A DNA stretch of 64,000 bases from Lama glama (lineage: Eukaryota). Under the pieces are notes generated by a model. It had not been told where the DNA came from, searched no databases, and worked only from the letters and a program-made list of their open reading frames with translations. Shown one piece after another: positions 1 to 13,879 of the stretch. Each line of letters starts with the position of its first letter. The first letter of the stretch is position 1. Made by a program: the position numbers and the translations under genes. The DNA lies in NCBI GenBank assembly GCA_028534125.1, contig CM052817.1, positions 78,432,001 through 78,496,000 of the forward strand. Reading direction: 5' to 3'.

Positions 1-439
1 TTGGGTCAAATGTTTCCTCCATGAATTATAATCCAGCCAGCCTTTACACTGCTATTCTCTTTGCCTGAGGAATTCAGTTATTATAAGTCTCTCTTTATAA
101 AAGGCCACTATGAAGCTGTGAAGAAAAAATTGGCATCTTGCTGGCTCCACAAGTCATCATTTCTGAACATTTCTGCAAAATTTTACCATAAAGAACCTTA
201 GACCAGAAGGAAGCAAAAAGACTTTAAAAAAATCACACAGACTATGCCAGAGTCTGTGCTGAATTATACAGCCTACCCACAAAAATAGCTTCTGGAAACC
301 TTTTCTTCCAGACACAACCGCCAAAAGAATGTCCCGCCATTGCTCCTACCGTGGGGAACTCCCTTCTATTAGGAGAGCTTCCCAGTCTCTGTTGGAGGGG
401 CAAGGAGCCATGGAAACGGCAAGGATTTGGGAACTGGGG

Positions 440-610
440 AGGCTGGAGTTTGAATCACAGATCTGAGAAGTATTAACGTGAGACCATAAGAAGGGTTAGT
501 AACCACTCTAAAACTCTGTTTCTTTGTCTGCACAATGAAGATGGTGATGCCTTCTTTGCAGAGCCCTGGGCACGAAATAGGTTCAAAATAAATGGAAGTT
601 ATTATTATTA
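440..610 (+). mobile_element. MIR SINE relic
   Basis: MIR core-like 'ctctgtttctttgtctgcacaatgaagatg' and tail 'aaatggaagttattattatt'. Confidence 0.55.
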
Positions 611-3203
611 TTACATGGTTCAGGACTAAGTTGCACAGCTATACTTCAGTGTTCCTCACCCAGCCATCTGAATTTTTCTATAATTACACAGAAGTGAGTC
701 TATTGACTTGCACTGTGGCAAATGGCAGTCCCCAGTCATCCTTCCAGGGCAAGAACAATGTCTTTAATATCTGCATAATGCTGGCTATAAGACAATGCTG
801 CTTCTGCAAAGATAAGCCGTACCCTAAAAATTCCCAATGAAAGCTTGTAGGAAGTGCTTTTCTTCACTGAGCTCATCGATCACCTGTGTCTCTCAAAGGA
901 GGAGAAAATAAACCTACCAGAAGTTAAACTGTATTAAGCACAGTTCGTCAGTTTGAACTCCTTGATTATACTCCCAATTTATTTAAAACTTCGGAAGCTC
1001 TTCCATTTTTAACTCAAATTATGTGATATCCATTTTTTAAAAATCTTTAAGACTATCATATATTCCTGCAACAATTATTTATAGAACTATGTGCCAAGGA
1101 CCAAGAATAAGCAATACAAGTTACCAGACTTCGCAAATTCAAGAGGGCATGAAAATATTACTGTAACACTGCTCCAGGGCACGATGAGGAGAAAGGAGCC
1201 TATTTAATGTGCTACAGGGGCTGTCGCTGCAGTCCTGTTTCTGCCCTGTTGGAGCAGAGTGAATTCGTAGGGCAATAAACTCTTTCTGACAAGGAGGCTT
1301 CAGCAGCATTTCTGTCACTATCGCCTTTATTTTACCAGCAGAAAAGGAGCGCAGAAACGAAGTCGTCATGTTAGAGACAGAGCATGAGCAAACATCCTGC
1401 AGAGCCTACAGGGAAGAGGAAGGCCTCTTCTGGGCATAACCAGTAACAACTCAGCATTAGCACACCGTGTTCAAGCAAGTGCCCAAGCAAAGAGCAGGCT
1501 CAGCCGCAAAGTTCCTAAAGGTAGAAGTTGATGGGACATCTGAACTGGAAAGAGAGTTGTGAGGAACATTTTCAACGTAATAGACACAGAAGCGAATTCA
1601 CAAGGGCCACACCGGATTAGGAAATGGGAATTCATGGGACAAATACTAGAACCCGACACATCTTGCATCTGTAGTAAATTGTACACGTAGCCCATGATAT
1701 ATTGGTGTGAGGGATACACTGAGGATTGTTCTCATTGAGAGAATGAACACTGTCATCTTAAACAAATCTTTCATTAGGTACTAAAAAAAATTCCTCCATA
1801 ATTCATTACATATCAACGCAGAACTGAATGACCTTCCCCCTGTGCTTTGCCATCAAAAGTCTGATGCCCGGATTAGGCAATGCACAATGAGCAGAATCCC
1901 TCGCAGAATTCTGTCGACAAAGAGCCGAATTTTTTTCTGAGTATGCTCCATTACTCTCCTGTTTAGAAAAAGTGAAATAAGCCAACCCCAAAGAAATAGA
2001 ACTATTGGAAATCTTTGTGATAGTTTTCACACAACGAGAATGTAGAGATGAACTAACACGAGCTAATCTTAAAACTGCATGGTTCATTTATTTTGGATTC
2101 CTGGGGCCAGTATTTCACATACATTCCCCTCTTCCACCCTCTGTTTCCTTTCCCTTTTCCTGCCAGTCTCCTGGAGCTCCAGTGTTATTATATGCTATAA
2201 AAAAATATTTTACTCATGCATTTGAAATGCTTTTTAACTTTCAAGCCCAGTAGGGGGAAATGTGGAGGTGTTTAATTCTCCAGGTTTATATGTTTTCATG
2301 GGAAATGAAAGTCAAAATCTGAAAAGTAGCAATCTGCAGTAAAATGTTATTTTCCTTCTTTTCCCAGTATGTCTAAATGGCATCAAGTTCAAATATTTTA
2401 TTACAGATAATCTTAGCCAATTTAAATGTCCAATTTCTCAATAAAACATGAATCAGGAAAAGTCAATATCTTTGCAAATGTGATTCCAAATTTTGCCCTC
2501 ATATAGTCTAACTAAATTTCCACTCACTTCAGTGGGAGTTATAAAAAGTACATCTGAGGGAAGAATTTGGCCCATGAAATTTAAAATGATTGTAGGGTAA
2601 GTAAAATATTTCTCATGCTTATGATTATATAGTAGCTCTGGAACTTTCAAAAGGAAGACATTAAAAGCCTGTAATATAGCGAAATTCAACCAAAAAGAAC
2701 TTGTTAATTTAACTGGCTTTGAAGAGTTATAACCCATTTTAAAGAAAACATCTAATAAAGAATGCTTTATTCATTCATTCAAAAATATGTGTTCATACCA
2801 ACATCACTTTTTTCAAATGAGAAATATTTCCTAGGCCAATAATATTACATATGGCAATTAGCTCTAATGTAAAATCTGAAAAAGCTCCAAGTAGTGCCTA
2901 TAATAGAGAAACCATTTTGGTCTAAGTAAGATATTTAGTTGTAATCATATGATTCTAACACTTGAATCATAGGCAGACTAGAGATAAATAGTGAATAACT
3001 AAGATAATTTTAAAACTACCAAGAAAACCCTGGCTTTAATTATTTTAAATTATTTTCTTCACTGGATTCATGAGCTTAAGTTTATTTTTGACCTTTAGTG
3101 GCACAACCTTAATATGTTTAATCACTCTGATTTTCCTACTTTAGAAACAGTCTGCCAGCATCTCTGCTTAAAATACCACCTCCTTGTTTATCAGATGTCT
3201 TGG

Positions 3204-3334
3204 GGTTTTTCTTTGTTTGTTTGTTCTTTGGTTTGGGAGGTTTTTTGGTAGAGGTACTGGGGAGAGAACCCAGGACCTTGCGTATACTAAGCATATGCCT
3301 TGCCACTGAGCTATAGCTCATACCCCTTTATTCC
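3204..3334 (-). mobile_element. tRNA-derived SINE (Vic-1-like, camelid)
   Basis: Minus strand reads tatagctcagtggc...ggtcctgggttctctccccagtacctc followed by an A-rich tail. 12-bp TSD cagatgtcttgg at 3192-3203 and 3335-3346. Confidence 0.85.
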
Positions 3335-3369
3335 CAGATGTCTTGGATTTAGATTCAGTTTATTCTTGT

Positions 3370-4050
3370 CTTACCTCTTCCCATGTCACTGTGCTGTCCA
3401 TAGTTTAGACCCTCAAAGCCCCATATCTAACTATTATAACATCTATATAATGCCCTTACTCTGGCTTCTCCTTGCTTGAATGCACTGTATAAATCACTGC
3501 TAGATTAATATTCCTTAAGCATTATCTTGACACTCCTTTTCTCTAATAACATGAATAAGTCCATATACCAACTGGATATTCCAAATCCTTTTCCTGAAAT
3601 CAAAAGGCTGTCCACAATCTGCTTCCATCCTACCCTTCCAACCTCAGCTCCCACTGTTCTTTTAGAACCCTCTATTCAATTTATTTCACTTATTCTCTCC
3701 TCTCTAAAATTTATGACAGCTGGCTTAATGTTGTGCTATTTTTCTTCATTTCCTGAGATGTCCTCTTCATTATTTTCTTCTCATTTAACTTCTACCATCT
3801 TTCACAATTTAATCTATGTTTCATCTTTTCCATGAGACAATTTCTGATCATCACAATTGGAAGTGATCTCTCCTGCTTTTATACAGCCATAGTGGTTTGT
3901 TTGTTCACTCATATAGCACTTAATCACTATCTTACTTTGTTAGGAGTGTGTGTGTGTGTCCGTGCATGTGTATGTTTCTCTCTCATATTTACCTGATTAG
4001 AGTTTAAGATCTTTGATACTATGCCTTACATTTTAGATCCTTATTTACCT
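3370..4050 (+). mobile_element. L2 LINE 3' relic (old, degenerate)
   Basis: Pyrimidine-rich L2-like 3' sequence, e.g. 'tcactgctagattaatattccttaagcat' and 'atagcacttaatcacta'. Boundaries are approximate. Confidence 0.5.
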
Positions 4051-4323
4051 AGCATCTCAGTTTAAAGATAGTGCCACAGTACAGAGTGAAGAGGTCACGT
4101 GTTACACATCTCTAAGGGGCCTCAGTCATATCATAGTTAATGTGAGTGGCTCCCGGCAGTACCCCACTTGCATAGTCACAAGTGCCAACCCAGTTGCATA
4201 TAATATAGCATCAACTTAATATTTATGCATGACTTCTACCTCTCTTGTGTCATTTCTCCAATGTTTTATAACAAAAATAAAAAATGTCTCAATAGTTCAC
4301 AGCCCCTGTTGACTTCTAACTAC

Positions 4324-4820
4324 TGAAGGGGGTAGCAGAATATGTCACCCCAAATCATGCCTTTGGGGCATAAAGGATTACTTTGAGCTGGTTATTTTTG
4401 AGAAGCAGCAGACATAGGAGAAGCTCCAACAAGAGAGTAGAAGTTACCATTCTGTAAGGGAAATTTACATTTGTACAGGAAATCTCCATTTGTAAGATGC
4501 CTCCCTCTTGGCATGTAGAAGAGAAGAGTGACTCTACATCACAAGAAACTTACTAAGGAGAAGGCAGTGACTTGAATCTACATGTAGCACATCTTACCCT
4601 CTACCATGCTTTTCCTGGTAAACTCCCATAACTGGCTTCACTGCCCCCTTCTTTCAACATCTGTCTTTGGTCTTTAGCTAAAGAAAGTATTTTAAGGTGG
4701 TAGTTTCGGCCTTGTTGGGGAATTATTGAATTTTCCTTGGTATCTCCCATGTATATGTGAGGAATGTCTGTTAATAAACTTCTGTTTGTTTTTCTTTTGC
4801 TAGTCGGACTTTTATTAGTG
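4324..4820 (+). mobile_element. ERV1 5' LTR, MER34-like (3' end in gap)
   Basis: Starts tgaaggggg...agaatatgtcaccccaaa...ggattactttgagctg, the MER34-type opening. AATAAA near 4773. Confidence 0.7.
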
Positions 4821-5320
4821 NNNNNNNNNNNNNNNNNNNNNNNNNNNNNNNNNNNNNNNNNNNNNNNNNNNNNNNNNNNNNNNNNNNNNNNNNNNNNNNN
4901 NNNNNNNNNNNNNNNNNNNNNNNNNNNNNNNNNNNNNNNNNNNNNNNNNNNNNNNNNNNNNNNNNNNNNNNNNNNNNNNNNNNNNNNNNNNNNNNNNNNN
5001 NNNNNNNNNNNNNNNNNNNNNNNNNNNNNNNNNNNNNNNNNNNNNNNNNNNNNNNNNNNNNNNNNNNNNNNNNNNNNNNNNNNNNNNNNNNNNNNNNNNN
5101 NNNNNNNNNNNNNNNNNNNNNNNNNNNNNNNNNNNNNNNNNNNNNNNNNNNNNNNNNNNNNNNNNNNNNNNNNNNNNNNNNNNNNNNNNNNNNNNNNNNN
5201 NNNNNNNNNNNNNNNNNNNNNNNNNNNNNNNNNNNNNNNNNNNNNNNNNNNNNNNNNNNNNNNNNNNNNNNNNNNNNNNNNNNNNNNNNNNNNNNNNNNN
5301 NNNNNNNNNNNNNNNNNNNN
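4821..5320. other. Assembly gap (500 N)
   Basis: Run of N. Confidence 1.
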
Positions 5321-6310
5321 TGTTGCTAAGTCCATGGTTAAGTCATAAAGGGATTCTTGGTTTTGGTTTCGAGTCACTTCATAGGCATGCCTTTAGTTTA
5401 AAAAGAAAAAGGATAAAAGTAATTTAAAAGTAATTTTAAAAGGAGTTCAGTATTGCTAGGAATATTTGCTGTTTGTCCTGGCTGAAACCTGATAGTAAGA
5501 TATTTGAAAGGATTTTTTTTTTTTTTAAGTAGCTCTATGGTCAGGAGTTGGCGTAGTTGGAAGCTGATATTCAGAGCTGGATAGGAACTTTTTTAGGAGA
5601 GACTCCTCTCCTAAGCTGAAATGAAACTAGGTACTCAGAGAGAAGGAAAGCATTCTGAAGCTTTTGTGGAGTGATTTATTAAAAAATTCCAAAGGCACAC
5701 AGCTTTACATCTAGAACACAGAGATTTTTTGATTTCCATCTTAGTTGGAAATTTTCTCCCTGATATAAAGAGACAAATTGAAGAAAATGTACTTGGGTGG
5801 ACGAATCAGCCTTTTGATATCATTAAGGCTGCAGATATTCTAAAGGATCAGGCCATTGAAAAGAGTACTGTCATACCCTTAAGAAAAAGAAGGAAATTTT
5901 TACATAATACAGATTTACATAATAATTCCTTTAGACTTCTGATAAAAGGAAAATTTACCCCAAGACTCCTTCTTGGAGAAAACTAACATCTTTTCTCTGT
6001 GCCTTTGAGATGATGTTTCTCCCATGCCTTCTCTAGGACCTGAGAGCCATCTTTTGGAAATGCAAACTTTAGGGAGATGATTCTGACCTGAATGGAAAAA
6101 AAGGAGCTATATGGACACTAGAGAAATGGAAAATCAAAAAGTCTTCACAAATATTCATGAAAAGCTTTAGCCATCTGAGCAGGACATTTTATTTCACCTG
6201 CCAGAAACACAATTTGAATTTAATTGTTCTTTGTTTATAAGCTAGTGAGTTTTGTATTACTGTACCTGTCTCATGACTAAAATGTCACATTAAAGCTACA
6301 AGATCTCCAC
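5321..6310 (+). mobile_element. ERV1 internal remnant with decayed gag capsid (MHR) segment
   Basis: 5621-5830 translates MKLGTQREGKHSEAFVE*FIKKFQRHTALHLEHRDFLISILVGNFLPDIKRQIEENVLGW, resembling the gammaretroviral capsid MHR (Q..E...F.ER...RRYT...PDI.RKL). It follows the LTR across the gap. Confidence 0.65.
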
Positions 6311-6429
6311 CCCTATACTTCTATTATAAAGAGCATGAGGCTGAATCAAGAGAGTTAATTTTGTCACTAGCTAACAGGATGCACTTGTGAATGCCTTAAC
6401 GCCTCAGATCAAAAGGGCCCGTTGAATAC

Positions 6430-8900
6430 TTACACATACTCATAGTTAAATTCAGAAGATAATGAATAAAGAAATAATACTATAAGAGGAACAAAACACA
6501 AGTCTCAAAAAGGAGTAAGAATCAGATTCTTGTGATTCTTTATAGTAGCAATACTGGACAGAGTAAGGCAATGGAACAAAAACTCAAAACCGGTAACTGA
6601 TAAAGGAAAAGAAAAGAGAATTGAACCTAGAATTTTATATCCTATCAAACTATCATTCAAACCTAAAAGCAAATAATGACATTTACAAATATACATGGAT
6701 TCACGACATTTTTACCCCCAGCCTCTGAAAGATGAAAGATGTAATCCAGCAAGAAGAAAAAGAAAACTTGGTTGAACCAATACTATAATAAAAAGTAAGC
6801 AAAAATAAGTAAATTATAGGTTGTAAAACTTCAAAAGTTGTTTAAAATCAATCTGGACCTGTAATTCTAGTCACTACTGCCACAGCAAATGGGAGGTATA
6901 TGTGTATGTGGAGGATGCAGAGGGACGCAGAGGTGAGTAAAAGCATGTTCAGTTTGGAGGCTTATTTTAATTTACTGGCACTAGAATTTCTTAGAGAAAA
7001 AGTTATAATGTATGTTAAAATTTTTAGGACGCTCAGAAGAAATAGAAAAGGTGAAAAATTAGTTGGAGGAAAAATGAAAAGAAAACACAAAATAAAAGGA
7101 AAAAGTCAAAACAGACATAATTACAATGAATATGAATGAGTTTAAAATAATCTATGAGAAGTGGAAGCAACTCAGATGCCCAACAGATGAATGTATAAAC
7201 AAAATGTGGTATAAACATACAATGGAATGTTATGCAGCCTTAAAAAAGAAGGAAAATTTGACATATGCTACAGCATGGATGAACCTTGAGGACCTTATGG
7301 TGAAAAAAGCCAGTCACAAAAATAGAAAAGCCATATGATTCTACTTATATGAACTATGTAAAATGGTCAAATTCTAGGAAAAAAAATAGAATGGTGGTAG
7401 CCATGGGCTGGGGAGAGGAAGAAATGGGAAGTTGTTGTCTAATGGATATACAGTCTTATTCTATAACATGAAAAAAAATCTGGAGATATGTTGCACAACA
7501 ATGTAAATATACTTTACACTACTGAACTGTAGGCATATAAACAGTTAAAATGATAAATTTTGTGTTGTATGTTTATATCATAGTTAGTTTTTTTAATTAT
7601 TAAAAAAAAATCACAAAAGACAGAGTCACTGAGTATACTCAAAAATTAAAAGACAAAGGATGGCCCTCTAAAACACATGTCCCAAAACAAAGTCCCTCTT
7701 GCAAGGGCCTAAGAGCTAAACTGATTGGTATGGATATCAATTTAAAAAAAAACTGAAATTATGTCATACATAACAATGAAACAGAACAATGAAATAAAAA
7801 TCAATAGTATTAAGCCATTTAGAACTTAGCAACAAGAATGAAAGCATTTCAAAACAAAACTTATAGGTGGAAACACAGTGGTACTTAATTGGAAAGATAT
7901 ATACCCTTGATTATTAAAAAAAGAAGAAGAAAGGTTGAAAATAAATGGACTATATCTTGTAATCAGGAAGCATTTGGATGGGAAAAGGAAAATAAACTCT
8001 AAGGAAGTGGAAGGATGAACAACAATGATAAAAGAATAAACTCAAAAAATATTAAAAAATGCATAGAATTGATTAAAATAAGAATGACTTTTTTTTTAAA
8101 AAGTTATAAAAAGAAAAATTTAGAGCAATTACAATCAAGAAAAATGTAAGGATACAATTAATAACAATAAGGTCATAAAAGGGAACATTACTGATTCCAA
8201 GACTTTTATAAAGTTATGAGGTTTTGGTAACTGCCATCAGTAACCAACAAATTTGAACATCCCCTAAAAGAACTGGATAATTTTCCCGGGAAGGTATAAA
8301 TTACCAAAAGTGATCCAGGAAGTCATTGCAAACCCAATAGAACAGCAATAAAATAAGTTGAACAGGTAGCTAATGATCTACCTGTACAAAAGTCTCCTGA
8401 CTGGAGACAGATTTAAGATCAGGGAGCTGATAATACCCCTTTTATGTAAACAGATCCCGAATTTAGAAAAAATATTAAATCTAATCAACTAATCTCACAG
8501 CCTACAATATTCTGATTTAAAACTGGACAAATATACTACAAAATAAGAAACAGAGGGTTCAATTTCACTTTTGAACATGAATGCAAAACTCTTAAAAATA
8601 TATCAATAAATTAGCAAATAGAATCCAACAATATATTTACAGAAAATATGTACTATATCAGATTTAAAATAGGCTGCAAATATGATTCTAATATCAGAAA
8701 AATCTTATCATTTTGGTTCCCTGCATTAACAAATTAACAGAAAAAAATGTTTCTTAGCAATTGCCCCTAATTTTTCAAATAAAAGCCAATGTTCACTAAT
8801 GTTTAAAAAGAAAATTCTTAGCAAATTAGAACTCAAAAGAAATGTTCTTAATTTAAAATGGATGTAAACCAGAAATCTGGAGTAAATATCACACCTGAGA
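6430..8900 (+). mobile_element. Old L1M ORF1-end/ORF2 relic, interrupted by a younger L1 3' end
   Basis: 'cctagaattttatatcctatcaaactatcattcaa' corresponds to L1 ORF1 PRILYPxKLSF. A-rich, ORF2-like sequence spans 7700-8900. Confidence 0.65.
7155..7610 (+). mobile_element. L1 (L1MA/MB-type) 3' end
   Basis: ORF2 C-terminus KWKQLRCPTDECINKMWYKHTMECYAALKK...ATAWMNLED, followed by the 3' UTR and an A tail near 7600. Confidence 0.85.
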
Positions 8901-9939
8901 ATCACACGCTAGCATAGTCTTTGAGAGGTCGGTGTTGAAGTCTGACTGCCTAAATTTGACCCTGGCAACCCCACCTCTTAGCTGTTGGATTTATATCTCT
9001 GGCATCAGAAAGTGAAGAAGTGATCAGCTTTCTTAGACTTCCTTTTTCTTTCTCTAGTTGAACTACCCTCTCTTTCCTTCACTCTAAATTCTCTTACTGG
9101 CGTCTCTCCGTATAGCAAATGAGGCGAAGAGGGAGGAGAAATTTGATCCATGTGACTGTTCTCTGCATATGTCTGCTTGGAGGTCCGTTATCTTAAGGAC
9201 AGAGTTAGCTTTATGTAGTCCGCCTCTGTTGAATGATCTCCCTTCAAGAAGGACAACCATACTGCCTGGAGCACTCGGATTCACCTGCCAATATGTATCT
9301 CCTTGTTGGGGATAGTTGCTTGGCTTAGGGATCACCTGGGCAGTCCCAGTGCCTTAGTCTCCCTCTGCTAGTCTCAATGCTCTTCTAGGTGAAGCCATAG
9401 AAAACCACTGGAGTTTTCTTCCAGATACTCAAAGGCTTATGAAGAAATAGGGTGTTGGTGTGGCCTTTCCACAATATACCTCTGGATTCATACATACTAA
9501 ACTCTGGTCTCTTCATGACCAGCAAGGGTGAGTTACTATGGCTGTTCCTTCTGCAGAAATCTTCAGACGTGAAGCTGGCTCTAGTCTTTATGTTTAAGCA
9601 TTCCCTTAAATTTTAATAGACATACATCACTTTCACTGCCCCCAACCTACAGGGACAAGAACAAAATACTGTACTTCTAAGCATATAGAACATTTTGCAG
9701 CAAATACCCTTTCTTTCCAAATTCTGTCTCCTTTCCCGCCTTGGTAAATGCTGTCCGAGCTAGTGAGCCCTTTTGGCACCCAGAGTTAGACTAGCAATCT
9801 TATACCAAGGATCAGGCCCTTTTTGAACTCGAACTTGGAGAAATTAGGAACTTTTTTTCTGACATGGATCTGTCTGTACTGTTAGCCTTACAGTATTTTG
9901 TAATGCCAAAAGGCAGGGAAGATTTCAATCAATTCTTCA

Positions 9940-10950
9940 CACCATGCTTTAACATTATGCGTAAAAATGAAAACTTTAAAATACTAAGAGAAAATATAGA
10001 AGAATATCTCTATGACTCTGAAGTGAAAAAACTCTACTTAAAGAATAATTTTTAATGCAAGAAATTAATACAGTGAAGCACATTTGTTTAAAACTTCTGA
10101 ATAATTCAATAAATCACTACAATATTAAAAGATAAACTATGGGCTAAGAAAAAATATTTGCAAATACTTGAAAGAAAAATAGACACAAATGAAAAAGTAA
10201 TTAATAGGAGTGAAAACATAAATGGCCATTGAAAAAATGGCTACCTTAGTAATCAGGGAAAGATAAATCGAAGTAACAGTGCAATAACACTTTTAATCTC
10301 AGAAGTTGGTCAAAAATCTGAAAGCTAAGCATGGCCCCCATCATTGGTGAGGTGTGGAGAAATGGGTGTTCTCACACGCTATTTGTACAAAGATAAACTG
10401 AGTGATCCACTTTTGGGAGAAATTGAACAATATCTGTTAAACCTAAAAATGTACGTACTCTTATCCAGCAGTTCTACTTATAGGTTCCCACTCTTACAGA
10501 AACACTAGCACATATGCTCAAGGAGAATTGTAGAAGAATGTTGTTACAATATTCATTGTAATTGCAATTATAAATTCAAATACGATACAGTCACAGAGCT
10601 ATTAAAGTGAATAAGCTAGATTTGCGTGTCTCAAGATAGGTAGGTCTCAAATACATAATGTTGAGTGATATAGTGACTTATACCATTATTTGTACACTAT
10701 TACTTATATGAAAAAGAACAAAACATACCCAACTACGCTATAGATTTTTATGGATATATAGAGGTGAGTGAAATATTTTAAAGTTTTGAAAAATACGCAT
10801 TGAAGCACAAACTTGTTTATCTCAGCAGAGAAAAGAAAGAGACCAGGATTAGAGAGGGTTTTCAAAGGTGCTTAAGCTTTAACCACAATACTTTAGTTTT
10901 TCATGAAAAGGATTTTTTTCCATTACTTAATTAACTTTAAAAAGTAAAAA
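9940..10950 (+). mobile_element. Old L1 (L1ME-like) ORF2 C-terminus/3' end relic
   Basis: 'aaatactaagagaaaatatagaagaatatctctatgac' and 'ggtgaggtgtggagaaatgggtgttctcacac' are degenerate L1 ORF2 3' motifs. Confidence 0.65.
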
Positions 10951-10964
10951 CCAAGGAAAAAGAG

Positions 10965-11210
10965 AATAGACTTTGGAGCCAGAAAGATTATGCTTTAGTT
11001 TTCAGTTTCTAGTTCCACGTTGAAAAAATGTTAAATGTCTGAAAATCAGTTTCCTCTTTTACTAGAAAGGGAAAGTCATATATAGATGTAGATACATGTA
11101 TATGTAAAAATATAAATATATATATATATAGGGAGAGAGACTATTGAATGAGTTGATTTGTGTAACACACAGAGCACTGTGTCTGCTAATATAGCAGGTG
11201 CTCAAAAAAT
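10965..11210 (+). mobile_element. MIR relic with internal (TA)-rich tract
   Basis: 'agactttggagccagaaaga', 'tcagtttcctctttt' and 'atagcaggtgctcaaaaaatg' are MIR motifs. Confidence 0.55.
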
Positions 11211-12399
11211 GCCAGTTTCCTCCCCGATTCAATGAAAATAGAGTATGCACAATGGTGCTTAACCCTTTTATGAGGGTGCACCTCATTTGTGGGTTCACAG
11301 TCTATATTCAATCTATCTGAGAAACACTTGACCAAGAGGATGGAAAAGAACCCAAATCTTAAATTCAGACATGATTCATTAAACTGCATAGAGCCTTGAC
11401 TTCTCTTTAAAGCTCATCTGACAGTTTTAAAACACATTTTCCAGTCAAAGGAACTGAAACATTATTAAACTAATTACCTTAGAAAACTTAAGGAAAGAGC
11501 CAAAAAGATTTTTGAAAAACATTTTTTTTTGCCTCTTTGACAAATATTTCTAGGCACAGTAAAATTAAATATCCCACTGTAAAAAGATAGAGTGCCCCCA
11601 ACTGGGATATTACTTTCTGAATAATCCTGTGGATAGTCCTAGTTTGAACACCAAACTGTAACTCACTCTTAGAGGTTTGTTAGAATCGTAAACTGCTGGA
11701 GTACAGTTTTATGAAGGACAGGAGGACCCCAGACTGAACTCGCCCAATTAAACAGATTAAATTTTAGCTGTGAATTCAGGCCAGGGCCATGCTTTATTGT
11801 TGTACTACAGAATAAACATAAATTCACCAACGCAGTGAAGCTTGCAGCTGGTGAAAGTTCTTTTCCCAGTTTTCCCAATGGAAACATTTATTTATTTAAG
11901 TCCGATTATAAAGTTAAAGAGGAATCGAATTCATCTAAGGCAGAAAAATAAAGAAAGAAAACATCTGTAGCAGAAGAGATAAACATTTGGGACTAAATTG
12001 ATTCTCAGTTATTTGCAAACTATTTTAATTTGAATTAGATACAAGTATTTGAGGTGTATAAATCCACAGAGCAATAAAATATATCTTAAAAATGTAATAT
12101 ACCAGTATACAAGTAGCAATAAAGATAATTTGTCTAGAAAAGCATTTAGCCTTAAGAACTCTGTATCCAAATACAATTATTGATGTAAGATGAAATTTTT
12201 TGGTTTAAGTTGACCCATATATTTTTCTTTAAAAAAGTAAAAACTGTCTGAAAAGAATGAGAATAAATTCATATTTGTAAAGTCTTTGACAATTTGAAGT
12301 TGGAGGCAGAGGCAGGACAGGGGTGTTACTTACAAAGATTAAGTGTTATTGCTTTACCTTGAGGTTGACTAGTTCTTGATTTAAAAACTAGTCATTTTC

Positions 12400-12694
12400 T
12401 AGACTCACGGACATAGAAAACTATGGTTACCAAAGGGGAAAGAGAAGGGGAGCAATAAATTAGGAGTCTGGGATTAACAGATACACAGTACTATATATAA
12501 AACAGACAAAGAACAAGGACCTACTGTATAGCACAGGAACTATATTCAATTTCTTGCAACAAAAAAATGAAAAAGAATCTTAAAAAAAGGTATGAATATA
12601 TGTAACTGAATCACTTTACTATACACCTGAAACTAATATTGTAAATCAATTACATTTCAATTAAAAATAAAATTTAAAAAATATAAAAACAAAC
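12400..12694 (+). mobile_element. 5'-truncated artiodactyl-type L1 3' end
   Basis: Reads agactcacggacatagaaaac...ctactgtatagcacagg...tgtaaatcaattaca, then an A tail. 17-bp TSD aaaaa(c/t)tagtcattttc at 12383-12399 and 12695-12711. Confidence 0.88.
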
Positions 12695-13879
12695 AAAAAT
12701 TAGTCATTTTCCTCGCACAACAACTTAAGTTATCACAAAGCCATTAGCACTTCATCTTGTGATAACCTGTATACATATATGAAAAAATAAGGCACCATCA
12801 TTCGGTAGTAATTGCCATGTGATCTAAAAGGTTTGTAAGAAATGCTTTCAAGGAGAGTACACTAAATATAAAATTTGTACATTGACATGGCAAGAACTGT
12901 TAATGCTTTATGTAATAAAAATAGCTATTATGAGTATTTGCACAATTTAAAACTTCCTTTAAGATTTCTTCCCTTAGAGATGTACAGGGATAAATAGATA
13001 TAATCCCCTTTAAGACCCACTTCTGTCTCTTGGGAATATTGCCTCTTTGAGGAGTTACATTATGTGTCAAAAACCATATGGCCTTAAGAACTCTGGTTCA
13101 CTTTCTCGTGGTGGTTTTCATGGCATTCTAATGCCCATAAAGGCATGGGATCAGCTAGACTAGACTGACACTTTTTGAACCAATGTGTACTAATTTGGGG
13201 CTTTGCTTGGGACCCTCTCTCTCATGCACATACATATATAAGCACACGTGCATTCACTCAAATTGCTAGGAATCAAAAGCAGGCGGAACATTATAGTAGT
13301 TCCCAGATGCTGTTATAATCAAATCTGAATTAGCCATTGGCAAGTACCTCCTGCCAGGGAGGAGAGTAATGAATCCTGACAGGTGGGACACCTGGGCCCC
13401 AAACCAGAGAAATTCCCTTGCCTAGCAAGGCCTAACGTCGCTACCCATACAACATGGCCCTCCTTCCCCATGCCCTGACTCTTAGCAACGTGGCCTCTGC
13501 CACCTTTCCTGATTTATTACTAAACCTCCAGAGGGGCCCAATCCAGCAACCAACCTGATTCCTCACCTTTCCCAAACAGCCTCAGTGCGTTCATGCCTCC
13601 ACCTAGGGTCTCCTGCCATTTTCAGCTGCAGTGTCCTCCTCTCACATTCTGCCTACCAATTCTGCTTATCCTTCAAACTGAAAAATAAAAACAAAATACA
13701 GACAAAACCACACACACACAAATACACATTCTACTTCTTTGATTTCTCCTTGATCGTCCTAGGAAAATGACCTCTGTCTGATCTGACTATCAGATACACT
13801 CATCTATATTGTCTGTTTCACTTCCTGTCATTCTGGACTTTGGTTATAGGTACTTTCTCTCCAAACATAGTAAGCAGTT

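Noticed and set aside
4601..5377. Long ORFs of 194-258 aa
   Set aside because: Artefacts of translating through the N gap.
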